DNA from: Lama guanicoe
Lineage: Eukaryota
Assembly: GCA_013239625.1 (NCBI GenBank)
Contig: MU053557.1
Span: forward strand, 3,440,123 to 3,504,122
DNA length: 64,000 nucleotides
Direction: 5' to 3'
Both the position numbers and the translations under genes were made by a program. Positions 15,056 through 27,405 of the stretch are shown piece by piece. The notes under the pieces are model-generated. The model did no database searches. It saw nothing but the letters and a program-made list of their open reading frames with translations, and was not told the origin of the DNA. Every line of letters starts with the position of its first letter. Position 1 is the stretch's first letter.

Positions 15056-16386
15056 TGCAAGGGGATGGCCTCCAGTGCCGGATGAAGAAAAAGCAATATC
15101 ACATCAAGTTCAGTCATAATCATCCTCTGGGACTAGACAGTCTAATTTTTAAAATATAAGACAATGTGTGATTTAAAGAGATCACAGGACTTTCTATTAC
15201 TTAAGACTGACCAGAAAAGTCATAGTCCTGTCCATTTTCCACCCAGGGTCATGGAAAGACTGGGCTGAGAACATAAGTTTTAAAGGGAGCAATGGAAAAT
15301 AAAAATACAGTGTTTTGAATGTGTCCCATGAGAGGTGCTTATTCAAAGAACAACTGATTATGGGTATAAGCAGCTCCCTCTCTTTTTTTAACAACTGGAA
15401 AACCTTATTTACTGGACACCAGATCCTTTTCCATGCAATCACTCGGTGCTTTCTCTTGAGTCACACTCCTAGCCGGCTATACTGGCACAGAAAAAGTGTT
15501 CTTGCTACACTTACACAAGGTCATATAAGGGCAAATAAAACGTAAAGTAGGAATGTAGGTATCACTAAGATCTAATACCTAGTTACAGAATCAGTGCACC
15601 AGAAATGAACGCAACAGTTTAAATCAACTAAAAGTTAACTTAAAAAAGAATGGAAGGCATACATTGATCACCAGATGTAGAGAAGAAATCGAAGACTGAT
15701 TACCATGACATACATGCATATATATATATTCGTCAGCTCACTCTGAAGCCAGACTGCACCTGCTGGGGGTCAGAGAGCTAATAACCATGGCAGCTGTGAC
15801 ATACAGTTCTGGTCACAGTCTTGTTTCTAAAGGATAAGCCACCTTCACAAACTTCCTTTCTTCTGCCAACCTGACTAAGAGCCTTTCCCAGGCTAGAACC
15901 CGGGAGCTGTCCTGATGACCCTTCCCTTCAATGCCGAGTCTCTCCCCACTGATGCTCAGCATATCTGCATTTCCAGAAACTTTTGGGCAACTCAGAAGTA
16001 GTAAGGGATGGTCACAATAATCCTAAAATCTCATCTTGCCGGTTCCTCTCTCGTCTTCTAGGACCTGCATGGCATACTGAACAGGCTTGAATCAAAGCTC
16101 CGATATCAGACTTTGTCTCCACCACCAGACCCTAGCACCATGATTGACACCTAGGACGTGCTTAATAAATGACAACTGGAAAATGAAGTACTTGTTATCA
16201 TGACTGCAACCCAGCTTGAAGAGCAAACCTCACATGTAGTGTTGGTGAGGAGGAACATGCCTCCAAAGTGAGCTGTGCGTTCCTTTTATGTGCGGAAGCC
16301 CTGGAGTGAAGTCATAATTGCTAGAGTTGGACGGCCCAGTGGGATGCTTCACTGCAGCCCTTCATGCCATCCCACAGCTAACTCTT

Positions 16387-16521
16387 TTTTCTTTTTTTTT
16401 TGGTGGGAGAGGTAGTTAGGTTTACTTATTTATTTATTTTTAGGGGAGGTACTGGGGACTGGACCCAGTGCCTTGGGTACGCTAGGCGTGCGCTCTACCA
16501 CTTGAGCTACATCCTCCTGCC
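16387..16521 (-). mobile_element. tRNA-derived SINE (Vic-1-like)
   Basis: Reverse complement of the same family. Perfect 17-bp TSD tcccacagctaactctt at 16370-16386 and 16522-16538. Confidence 0.9.
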
Positions 16522-19096
16522 TCCCACAGCTAACTCTTCATAAGGGCCTGACTTCTTAGGATGATGGCGTTGATCAGTTCAGAACACTCAGTCCATCCAG
16601 GCCTGGAAGTCCATTACAGATCTATAGCCTGCTGCAAAAAACCTAATTAACCAAAACACAAACTTGTTAAGCTAAATTGTTAGGATATCATATGAAAAAA
16701 AATTTTTTTACCTTACCTAAACGTTAATTTCAGCACTTCTCCAAATATAAATTTAAAACATTTGCAAAGAGTACATTTAAAATAACTCTGATGATAACTA
16801 CATTGCAAAAAACGTTAACAGATATACACTTCACCAAATATACCTTTTCCATCTTCAGAAGGTGATTGCCAAAATGCTATTTCTTAGGGAGTATAACTGT
16901 GGCTGGCATGTATTGTGTGTCTAGCCCTTTGAATTTTATTACTTTATTTTCTAAATTTTCTAAGATGAACACATATAACTTGTTTCATATATAAGTAAAA
17001 GTTGTGAGTATATTACCTTTTTCCTAGAAGCAAGGAACTGTGCTCACTTCTTTGACTAATTCACTAGAAGATGAAGAATTCCTTGTTTTACTTTGTAACT
17101 GTCTGTTGACTTTGATAATACACATGCTACTCCATGAAAGAACACACTTCTACAGAAAACAGATCGAGACGGGCAGTGCCCATTCTAGACGTTAACTACA
17201 GGAAAATAACTGCCCCTCTGCAATGCACAAGAGAGTGTTTTCTTCTGCGTCAGGGAAAGTCTGTGAGCTGTAATTAAGTATGGAGTTAATGCTCCTGGTT
17301 TAGGATCAATGGTTAGTACAGTCAATACCTGAGCTTGAATGAAATGTGAGCACAGGCATCAGCAAAACTGCCAAAAAGGAACAGCACTCCAGATGAACTC
17401 CCGCTGCTGTTCCAGGTCACCTAACCTAAACGATCAAGGTGACGACCCTGTCACTGTTGATCAAGTTATAAAAGGTCCAGCTCAAGGTTGCGTTTGAATG
17501 CACTCATGCAGACGCACACACAGGCACGAGATATTAGAAGACGACAGCTTCGCCACTACCCAACCACACTGCCAAAGTGTCTCGTTGCTTTGATATCACC
17601 TCATCTGACTGTCTCTCTTGATTCCCCACAAGCCATGTGGATCGTACATATTTTTATACTGCTGTATTTTTTTAAGTGAATTTCTGGTAGGACTCTGGTG
17701 GGACTGCAACATGTCCCTGACGATAATTAGAGACACCCTGAGCTGTCACAAAAGCACGGCTGTGCTAAACCCCTGGCACAGCAGTGCGTACCCTACCCGG
17801 CTGCTTGCTCATTCGACACAACCAGGGTGCAGAGCAGCCCCCCGATCCCTGGCCTCCGGAGATTATGCCCGCGGAGATCTCGCTCGCTTCGTTAAGTCAC
17901 CTCATTCTTGAGCTCTTCTGTGGCAGCAGCAAGTTTTTTCATTCACTCGCTCTTTCATTTACTTAAGAAATAGTGATGGAGCATTTACTATGCACTAGGC
18001 ATAGGGCAAACAACAAATGGAGTCTGAGTCCCATGGCACTTAGAATCTTGCGAGGGAAGGCGGACCATAACAAAACAAAAATAAATCTGCAGCATGGCAG
18101 GTGATAATAAGTGCTAAGAAGAAAAAGTTAAAAACAGGGTAAGGGAGGGAGAGATGTGGGGTTATTCACACAGCAAAGGTCAAGAAGGTGCACTGGTGGT
18201 GCCCAACAAATGCTTGTTGAGTAAGTGCAGGAGCACAGCTGTGCACAACCTGCACTTGCTCAGCTAGTTGGTCCTTCAAGAAATGATAGCCTGTACTTAA
18301 CTCTGTGACCACCTCCTACCCCCAGGCATTTCCTTTTTAATTTATTGAGTTGTCAATCATCCCAATACTATTTTTGTGTTAAGAGCAAATTAATTATTGA
18401 AATATGACCATCAATAGCTTAGAAAAATGTCTAGCACAATGCTTGACCTAGTGTCATTATATTATTACAAGGCTTGTTGACTTACAGCATCTGAAACCTG
18501 AAATAGGACTGAGTTTTGATTCTCCCCCTTAGAATTCCACACACTATCCCAATCCTCGATGTTTGGTTTTCACTGTGTGAGAAACCTTTCAAATAATAAT
18601 CGTAATCGTTATAGACTTGACTGAGTGCTTGCTGTGACAAATAAATGTGTGGCTGTGTTAATCCTTTAGACTATCATTTTATAAATCCTCACACCCACAG
18701 TATGAGGGAAGGTACTTGTGGATTCTTCCCCCTATGAAAGGAAACATGCTCAGAGAGGTTAGGTGTCCTCCTCTGCATCACACAGCTTGTAGGAGGTAGG
18801 ACTGGTTTGGAGCCAAGGCAATCAGTGTTTGTCATCACCCTCATGCACATTGTCTTAATAAGCCTTATATTATACATTTAATTTGAAACAGTTTTCACGT
18901 AGAAGGCTGGTTAATCTGGTAAAGTACAAAAATTGTTTATGGTACTCGAATAATAGTACCTGGGTGGGTGAGTATGTGGAGGAGAAAGCTTTTCTAATTG
19001 GAATCTGTGTATTCCTCACAATAAAATGCAGGCATCAGACTCTTATCTCAAAGGAAACTTATACCCCAGATCACTTAAAAAAATCTCTTCTGCTCA

Positions 19097-19132
19097 TTGT
19101 AAAATGACTATAATTCAATAAAAAAAAAGTTA
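19097..19132 (+). mobile_element. Extremely truncated (~36 bp) L1 insertion
   Basis: ttgtaaaatgactataattcaataaa matches the L1 terminus at 5286-5311. 20-bp TSD aaaaaaatctcttctgctca. Confidence 0.85.
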
Positions 19133-20438
19133 AAAAAAATCTCTTCTGCTCACTCATGAGATGAAGTTGAGGCTGGGTAAAACAGAAACCCAGATTAGCA
19201 GAGTATCCTTATTGTCTTTCCATTATCCTAGAAAATAATTCGTGGATAAGCTACCTGGTTGGACAGTCCAAAGCTACTCTCAGTGTTTATCTGAGAATGT
19301 TCTGTAGCACCTACTATCCTATTGAATGCAAGGAATCTGTCTAAGGGATTTATTTTCCTTCTCTTGTTTTGATCTAGGGTACTACCTTTGAGCTGGCTCT
19401 GATTTCCTTGTGAATTCTCCAGAGCTACCAGAAGGCCCTAGAAGCCCTTGACCTCACAGTAATGCTCTGCTCCAAAAGGTTCAGCCTTACAAACTAGAAC
19501 TGAAAATTCTGCTCCTCTGCAGGGGCTGGCATTTTTCCAAGGTGAATCAAAGACTGAGTTCAATATCCTGTCCTTGTACCATGCAGCTCTTTCCCCCTCT
19601 CTTCTTTCTTTCCTTCTTTTTTTTTCCTTCTTTCCTTCCTTTTTTCTTTTTAAACTGCAAGTTGCCTCCTTTGCTTTTCAAAGGAAAAAAAGACAAGTAA
19701 ATGAGTCAACATAGGGAGTTGGCCTGTCTCCAAAAGGTAGCTGGAGACATCAAAGACCTAGGATGGTTAATGAAATTTTTTCCCAACTATGCTTGGTAGA
19801 GGAAAATAAGTCTTCTTCAGCTTGTGATGTCCTATTTTGTGATGACACTCTATCTGTGTATGATAAGGAGCCACCAGGCTCCAACTTGACCCTTTCTATG
19901 ACATTATTAAGAACATGCTAAGATTCTTTAAAATGCACTGGAGAATCATTCTATCATGTTTATAAATACATTGCCAAAGGCTCTCAAAGGCTAGCTGTAT
20001 TCAAAAAGTGAATAAAAGTCCAAACAATTCTTCGAAAGTTGTTATAGATCTTAAGCCTATTAAAGCCATCAATACTGTTTCAAAGCAAAAGGTAACAAAG
20101 CAAAATAACTGTACTCTTCACAAAAATAATTACAGCATTTATTATATAAAATTAATCATAGTTCACTAAAGGCTGTAAGGTCTTGCAATAGGACAAAAAT
20201 TTTAGATTTTATGGCGGATGTTTTCCAATCCCATCAAGGTAGCTCTGTGACTGCACACAGATCCTCACATGGACACAGCGTAAAAGTTTCAACGTAGGAC
20301 TCTCTTTGAAAACGAGATCTGCCCTCAGCCCCTGTTATAGACCCATTGAGTGCTCCCTGAACAACAGATCCTGTGGGAAACACACACACAGACAAACCCT
20401 GGGGGATCAAACTTAGATTTACACTAACAAACGCTTAC

Positions 20439-20445
20439 CAATGAC
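20439..20445 (-). other. Candidate 7-nt microexon GTCATTG
   Basis: Minus strand reads ...ttttgctaatgtgctgtcctcag|GTCATTG|gtaagc, giving a branch-point-like gctaat, TGC motifs, an AG acceptor and a strong donor. Confidence 0.3.
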
Positions 20446-23199
20446 CTGAGGACAGCACATTAGCAAAATAGTTACCAGTGCAGGAAAATGAAGGCTAGAA
20501 CTGTTTGGCAATGATTTGGACAACTCAAGACCTATTCTTTTAGATTCCCAAAGTTTTGAATTGTGTTATATTCTGCTTGATTAAATAGCGGCCCCCAAGA
20601 CTAACAACGTCTTGGCTTATAGTTCTTACATCATCGCTATAATGACGAGCAACTGTCTTTGCTGTGGCCAAGCTATTCCCTCGGTGTCCACCCAGGAGGT
20701 CAAGAACACGCACCCTTCCCTCATCACTCCAGACTGACGTTCCAGCTCTTAGGCTCAGTTTATGTGGCCTTTCGTACTCTCCCCGTTTATTGTTAATGAT
20801 CACATTTCTCACATCTGCAAAAAAGTAGACTCTCCTCTGCCCTGCACTTTTTTTTTCCCCTAAGAGCTTAAAGATTAAAGAACCAACTTTGTTGGCTGTG
20901 TTTAAAAACAGAAAGAAAAACACAAACAGCCTTGGGGTGATATTATTACGAATTCAAGTACAGGGCATCAACTTCAGTACCTGAACTTTTGTGAATTAAT
21001 TTTTGTTCTTTTGCTTATTAAGAGACTTTCTAAGCCTCAGATTCACCATCCATAAAATTGTGCACAGGATTTTGGTGAGTATTAATATAGTCATATAGTG
21101 TAACAAAAACATACATTATATGTTTATAGTAATATATGCAGGCATTTATAGTTACTATTATTTCTGATCATTAGTTGTGGTAAAGAGAGACGAGGATTCC
21201 AGAAAGATGAATTCTGGGGAGGTGACAGCAAATTTTGAAATTATAAGAGTACAGGATCCAAGCTGAGAAAATCCAAAATAAATACATGGTGACAAAGAGG
21301 AGGCAGCCAGAGGAGGCAGGTGAGCTTCTCAGGACTCTTCGGAGTGCCCACGCTATCCTGGAAAGGAGGGTTTCACCAAACTCCAAGCACAGCCTAATGG
21401 CCTTTCATTCAGATATGCCTGGTAGAAATATTTCCTCATCTAATCTTCCCTAGAAAAAGCCTAATGACCTAAGTTGTATCCATGTATAAAAAAATAATAA
21501 TAGAATTAACACAAAGATAGACCTCCAGTCGGTCAGAAGAACAATCTTCCGAAATCAACTGCTCTCCTGAGAATTTATACCTTATAAACTATTCATAGAT
21601 ATACGAATATGTGTAAATAGAATAAATATAGGAAATATAAACAATAAATAGATGAAATAAAATATATAATTTATACATTTATATTTTATGTTACATATAT
21701 GTATGCAAAGCATTATGGAGCCTGACACATGTAAAATACTTAAGAAACATTAGCCAGTTCCAGTATTGCAGAATTAAACACCTGTCAAAAAAAAAAAATC
21801 AACCGTTTCTACAACTCTGTATTTGCCTCCATTTTTTACATGTTTATCCATTCATTAGTATAAAAATATAATTTTTTATAAAAATGATTATTTCTCAGAA
21901 ATTCTCACTTACATAGATCTGAGGCATTGCTGCTATTCACATCTTTAACTTAGTAACTGGTAACCCAGAAGTCCACTGGTTTGCTTTACCATGATCTGTT
22001 TCATGATTTGTACATCTTTGAATGTTTGTAAGCCACTTATTCTAGTAAAAAATGAAGTCAACAAACGAGCCAGTGCCCATAAGTTAGTGCTTTAAGGCAG
22101 GAGACTGAATTTTTCTCCTATTAGTCTTTCCCAGGACAGACCCTGCGTTCAGAGAAAGCTGTTTCCAATGCTTGTTAACAATTAGGCAGCATTGCAATTC
22201 ACAGGACAGAAAGACTCCCTGTAAATGCAAATGCCCCTTGCTCACATGCCATGGTGCCTACATTTTTTAGCCAATAGAATCATTAGAAGCTCTTTTAAAA
22301 AACAAGGTCCTTTTAAATTGGGGTTACATCACAGAAGAGAAGGCTGTGCAACCACAGGGAAATGAACTGCTCTCCATTTCTCCACTGAGGATAAAGGCTG
22401 GAAATCATTACACATATAAATGTCCCTGCAAGAAAAATTGCTTAAAACATACTTCTGCCTAGCTACCAAGAGTTTCTGTTCTGAGGGAAAATTTAAAAAG
22501 CTGAAGAACAAAAATTACAACCCTGCACGCAGCTGGCTTGGAAATGTGACAATAAAAATTCTAGCAATAAAAATTGGTAATTAACAGAGACGTAAATAAA
22601 CAGAGACCGACTTTCTACTCTGATGTAGTTTCATGGCCACTCAGTCTACTTCAGGACATCATCACATGGCACGTGAATTAATTTCAGTCTCCCCTTTTTG
22701 AGACTCGGCTTCCCACAACCCATCTTCAAGGTGCCATCAAGACACTGCCTGAAAGTTTCTCTTTACTCAAAATCAGATCCCTTTCATTCCATTTAAACCA
22801 CTCCAAAGGTTAACTCCAGATGACCTTTTTCAGGCTTCTCGTCCAAGACTTCCTCCCTCATCCCGTGTTCCAGCCAAACTGATCTCTCATTATTCTCCAT
22901 GTAAGTGCTGTGTCTTCCTGCCTTTGCATCTTTGCATAAGCTGTTTACTCCGTCTAGCATACCTAAATGCAAAAATTCCCTCAAGGCCTGTGTTTGCTTA
23001 ACTACTTACTTGCTGACATATATTCTTCCAAGTACATCTTACTGGCGACCTCTTCTGAGGAGCCATTTCCCAGTACATTATTATTTATAAAAATACCTGG
23101 GAACATTTACTGAACGTTTACATTGCACTAGGTAATCTACTAAAGGTTTCCTACACTTATGTAGCAAGTGAGGAAAAGTATTAAGTGCTAACAAGTGCA

Positions 23200-23880
23200 G
23201 AATGCCAGGGTTCAAATCCTGAATCTCCCATCTATTTGCTGATGAACTTGAAAATTTATTTACCTTCTGTGTGTTCAGTGCTATCATGTGTAAAATATCA
23301 TGTGTAAAATGGGCACATATATAACATAGCTAAGGCCTAACAGAGCTATTATGGGGGTATGTGTGCAATACATACAAAGCTCTTAGAATATAATTCCTGG
23401 CACTTTGTAATTACAATATAAAATCTGCTGCTGCAATAGTAGCAAGGACAAGGTAGATGTCTTCATTATTCCCATTTAAGAGATGAAGAAACTGAGGCTT
23501 AGAAAGGTTGAACGCATGTCTAAAGATACATGGCTAATACGTGACAGATCTGGAACACACACATAAGCCTGTCAGCTCTAAATCTATAACCTTATTTTCT
23601 GCAATACAGGCAGGCTAGTTGTTTTTGTTTTCAATCTAGTTGATTTTCCAGAAGGTAAACAGTAACAACAACATTTGCTAATATTTATTGAATACTTCCT
23701 GTGTGCTAGGGGCAGTGCTCGACACTATTCAGGCAGTATCTCATCAACTCTCACAGCACTCTTGACAACTGGGGACCTCATTTATCCTCATTTTATAGAG
23801 GAGTAAATTGCTCTAGAGAAACCTGTTCAGTCACACAACTTCTAAGTGACAGAGCTTGGACTCAAATCCAGGCTCTTACC
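23200..23880. mobile_element. Cluster of three MIRs (+, -, -)
   Basis: gggttcaaatcctg (23208), gatgaagaaactgaggcttagaaaggtt (23481), tttattgaatacttcctgtgtgctagg (23684). Confidence 0.7.
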
Positions 23881-24391
23881 TGCAACGATATCCTGCTTGT
23901 CTTTTAGCAGAAATCATCCCCTTATTCCTCTGTTCCTCCAGTTCTCTTAGCGGAAGCTATTCCTATGTCACTGGGTACTGTGTTAGCTGTGCTTCTGTAA
24001 GACGCCAATGATGAACAGTTAACCGCCCGAAAAGTAGGATTCTGCTCCATTCACATTGCCTGCCTAACTGTCTTCCAAGTAGTAGATGCTGAATAAATTT
24101 TGGACTGAACTGAACTTCATGCTGGAAGTTGGATCATGAAGAGTCAAATGTTGCAGGGAATATGTTTTGCATATATGCTGACACTTTAAATTATAATCAC
24201 AAAGGGCTTGAGTCCAATTCTTCTAAGAACGGCTAGTGAATGAGAAACAACTTTCACATTAGTTAAGAGGTTCAGCCTCGAAATTGGATTGATTTGGAAT
24301 CAAGCCCCAAGTTTATTAACTTTTTTGTTTGTTTTATTTATCCATCCTAACCCTCACAGTTTCCCGTATATATTATTGTATTGTTTTAATT

Positions 24392-24468
24392 ATTTTATTT
24401 TGGTGGAGGGGGGAGGCAATCAGCTTTATTTATATTTGGAGAAGATACTGGGGATTGAACCCAGGAAG
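24392..24468 (-). mobile_element. 5'-truncated tRNA-derived SINE
   Basis: ggggggaggcaatcag...tactggggattgaacccagg matches the 3' part of the other SINE copies. Confidence 0.75.
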
Positions 24469-24503
24469 CTTCCCATATATAAAAAAAGAAAAATACTTCC
24501 TCA

Positions 24504-25098
24504 ACTCTAATTCGAAAAGACACCTGCACCCCAGTGTTCATAGCAGCACTATTTACAATAGCCAAGACATGGAGACCGCCTAAATGTCTCTCGACAGATG
24601 ACTGGATAAAGAAGTTGTGTATATTTATACAATAGAATACTACTCGGCCATAAAAAAGAATAAAATAATGCCATTTGCAGCAACATGGATGGATCTGGAG
24701 ACTGTCATTCTAAGTGAAGTAAGCCAGAAAGAGAAAGAAAAATACCATATTATATCACTCATATGTGGAATCTAAAAAAGGGGGGGGAGGGACACAAATG
24801 AACTTATCTACAAAACAGAAATAGACTCACAGACATAAGAAAACAAACTTATAGTTACCGGGGCAGGGAAAGGGGATGGGAAGGGATAAATTGAGTTTGG
24901 GATTTCCAGATACTAACTACTATATATAAAATAAATAAACAACAAGTGTCTCCTATATAGCACAGAGAACTATATTCAATATCTTGCAGTAACCTATAAT
25001 GAAAAAGAATATGATAAGGAATATATGTATGACTGAAACATTATGCTGTACACCAGAAATTGACACATTGTAAACTGACTGTACTTCAGTTAAAAAAT
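24504..25098 (+). mobile_element. 5'-truncated L1 (ORF2 end plus 3' UTR) inserted in a MIR
   Basis: cagtgttcatagcagcactatttacaatagccaagacatgg...; TSD aatact(t/c)cctca at 24492-24503 and 25099-25110. Confidence 0.92.
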
Positions 25099-25789
25099 AA
25101 TACTCCCTCAGAGATTTTGGTAGGATTAAATATAAACATTCATAAAGCGACTTAGCATTGTGCCTCATATATGGTAAGCACTCAGCAAAGTTTGCTTCAT
25201 AAACAAAAACACATACTTTTAAAAGTCAAGTAATTAAAGAATAGCTCCTTGATCACTCAAGCAACTGCTCTTATCCAGATCTAAACTCTTCTAGAGGGAA
25301 GACCTGAAATATTGTGAAATAAACTTGAGCAAAGATGAGTGAACAGAAAATAAATAACTTTCTAGGGAGAGGTGCCCTGAAAGGGCCAAGCATGTGAGAA
25401 CTGGCAGGAAGACGGACCATTTTGTGGTAAACAGTTTTATTCTTAACCCAAGGGACTCCATCCCCACTGGGTGCCTTTGTGTTGTTATATGTGTGATAAA
25501 AGTCCCACAGTGAAGGTTTTCCTTTGTTCTCCAGTCTCACTGAGTGAATTTCACATGCAGAACTCATTTATTTGGAAACTCTGATCTCCAATTTATTAAG
25601 AGTTGCAACATTAAGACTGGGTGTAAAGTTTAGTGAGCACATAGATTTCCCAAGGAAGATATCACTCAAATTGCCAGCAAATACTATGCAAAATATATAC
25701 ATATACTTATATGTGTATATATATATATTTTTTCCTTTAACCAATAAAGGAATCAAATGCTTCAAATGTAGCATTTGAAGGTTCCTGAC

Positions 25790-26158
25790 TATTATGGACT
25801 GAACTATGCTCCCCCCCAGATTCATATGTTAAAGCCCTTACCTGCAATGTGACTATATTTGGAGACAGGGCCTTTAAGGAGGTAATTAAGGTTAAATGAA
25901 AGGATAAGAATGCAGTCCGAATCTGATAGGACTGGTGTCCTTATCTGGGGAGGAGATACCAGGTGCACGTGCACAGGGGAAAGACCATGTGAGGACATAG
26001 TGACAGAGTGGCCTTTTATAAGCCAGGAAGAAAGACTGCACCAGAAAGCAACTCTGCTGGCACCTTTGATCTTGGACTTCCAGTCTCCAGAACCACGAGA
26101 ACGTGAATCATCTGTTGGTTAAGCCTCCCAGTCTGTGGCATTCCAGCAGACTAATACA
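25790..26158 (+). mobile_element. MaLR solo LTR (MLT1A/B-like)
   Basis: attcatatgttaaagccc...gtgactatatttggagacagggcctttaagg...gatcttggacttccagtctccagaac...ctaataca; flanks ctgac/ctgat. Confidence 0.88.
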
Positions 26159-27199
26159 CTGATTAATAGTTGTATCAAACTATTTCCTACCCTCCTATAA
26201 TAATAATGGTTGTATTTTTCCGACAAACAATCAGGATGGCTGACCAGACAAAGGACTTCTGTGTCTCTTTCAAGTCAAGGAGTCCGTTGGGGAAATGTAC
26301 CTTAGATCTTCTGACTTTCATACTTCAGACAAAAAGGAAATGATATTAACACCACCCCCCCACCCCCCCACAGAACACTCCTTTTGTAAAGTATCTCTTT
26401 ATCAGGAACCTCTTCTGTAAGTATCTCCCTCCAGACATCAGGCACAGGCAAGGGCCCTGGGGAGAGACAGAGACCAGCCACAGGGTAGGAATCAGCATAA
26501 ACTTAGCAGGGACACAGGCTCTTTGTTACGTGGACGTGACTCTTTGTCCTTCTGAAATTTAAATTCTTTCTAGTTGAAAGGGATGTTACAACTCCATCTT
26601 TTTCAGTCAGCCATGCTTGGCAATTCTTGGTCAAGAGGGCAGAATAAAGCCATGCCCAACACTAACTGATAAGATTCTGCAGGCTTTATGTGATGCTGTG
26701 ATTTATACTGATTGAGAGTATTTATTTACTTACTTTTCTTCCAAAAAATATTTTTTGGGGCCTGCTTTGTGTGTGGTACTGAGCAAGGCTTTGGGGACAG
26801 AGCAGGGAAACACCAGCCTTAGTCTTTGCCTTCAGCTTCAAACTAGTATGTAAATACAGAGGACTATACGTCATTAACCAAATTAATAAGTATTTTCTGA
26901 TGACGGAAAGTACTGAAAAAGATCATAAAAGATAGTAATGGATGACTTCAAATTGTCGTTTGGATAGGTCTGAACTATGGTCAGGCCATGCTAACATGAG
27001 GGAGGAGAATTCAGGGCAATTGGTGCAAAGGCCCTGTGGCAGAAACAGGCTTGGTGTGTCTGAAAATCAGAATGAAGGATGATGTGGCGGGCCAAAAAAT
27101 GGGGCCCTAGATCAAGACGACCACACAGAACGTGATCAGGAGAGCTGGGGATTCTTAGTGCTTTGACAAACCACTGCAAGGGTTTAAGTGAAGCGAGTC

Positions 27200-27405
27200 T
27201 AACTGCAAACAATGGCCTGCAAGCCAGGTCTAGCCTGCAGCCTGTTTTTGTAAATGTAGTCTGATTGGAGCACAGCCACGTCCAGTCATTTAATTATTGT
27301 CTATGGCTGCTTTTGTGCTACAAGGGCAGAACTGAACACCTGTGACAGAGACTCTACTGTCCACAACACCTAAAATATTGTCCCTTCACAGAAAAAGTGC
27401 GCTGG
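27200..27405. mobile_element. hAT-Charlie MITE (MER58A-like)
   Basis: gcctgtttttgtaaat...attggagcacagccacg...ttgtctatggctgctttt...cctaaaatatt...ccttcacagaaaaagt resembles the recalled consensus. Confidence 0.8.

Noticed and set aside
23284..23311. Short perfect tandem duplications (14 bp here; similar at ~47386 and ~59519)
   Set aside because: Ordinary slippage duplications with no sign of function.
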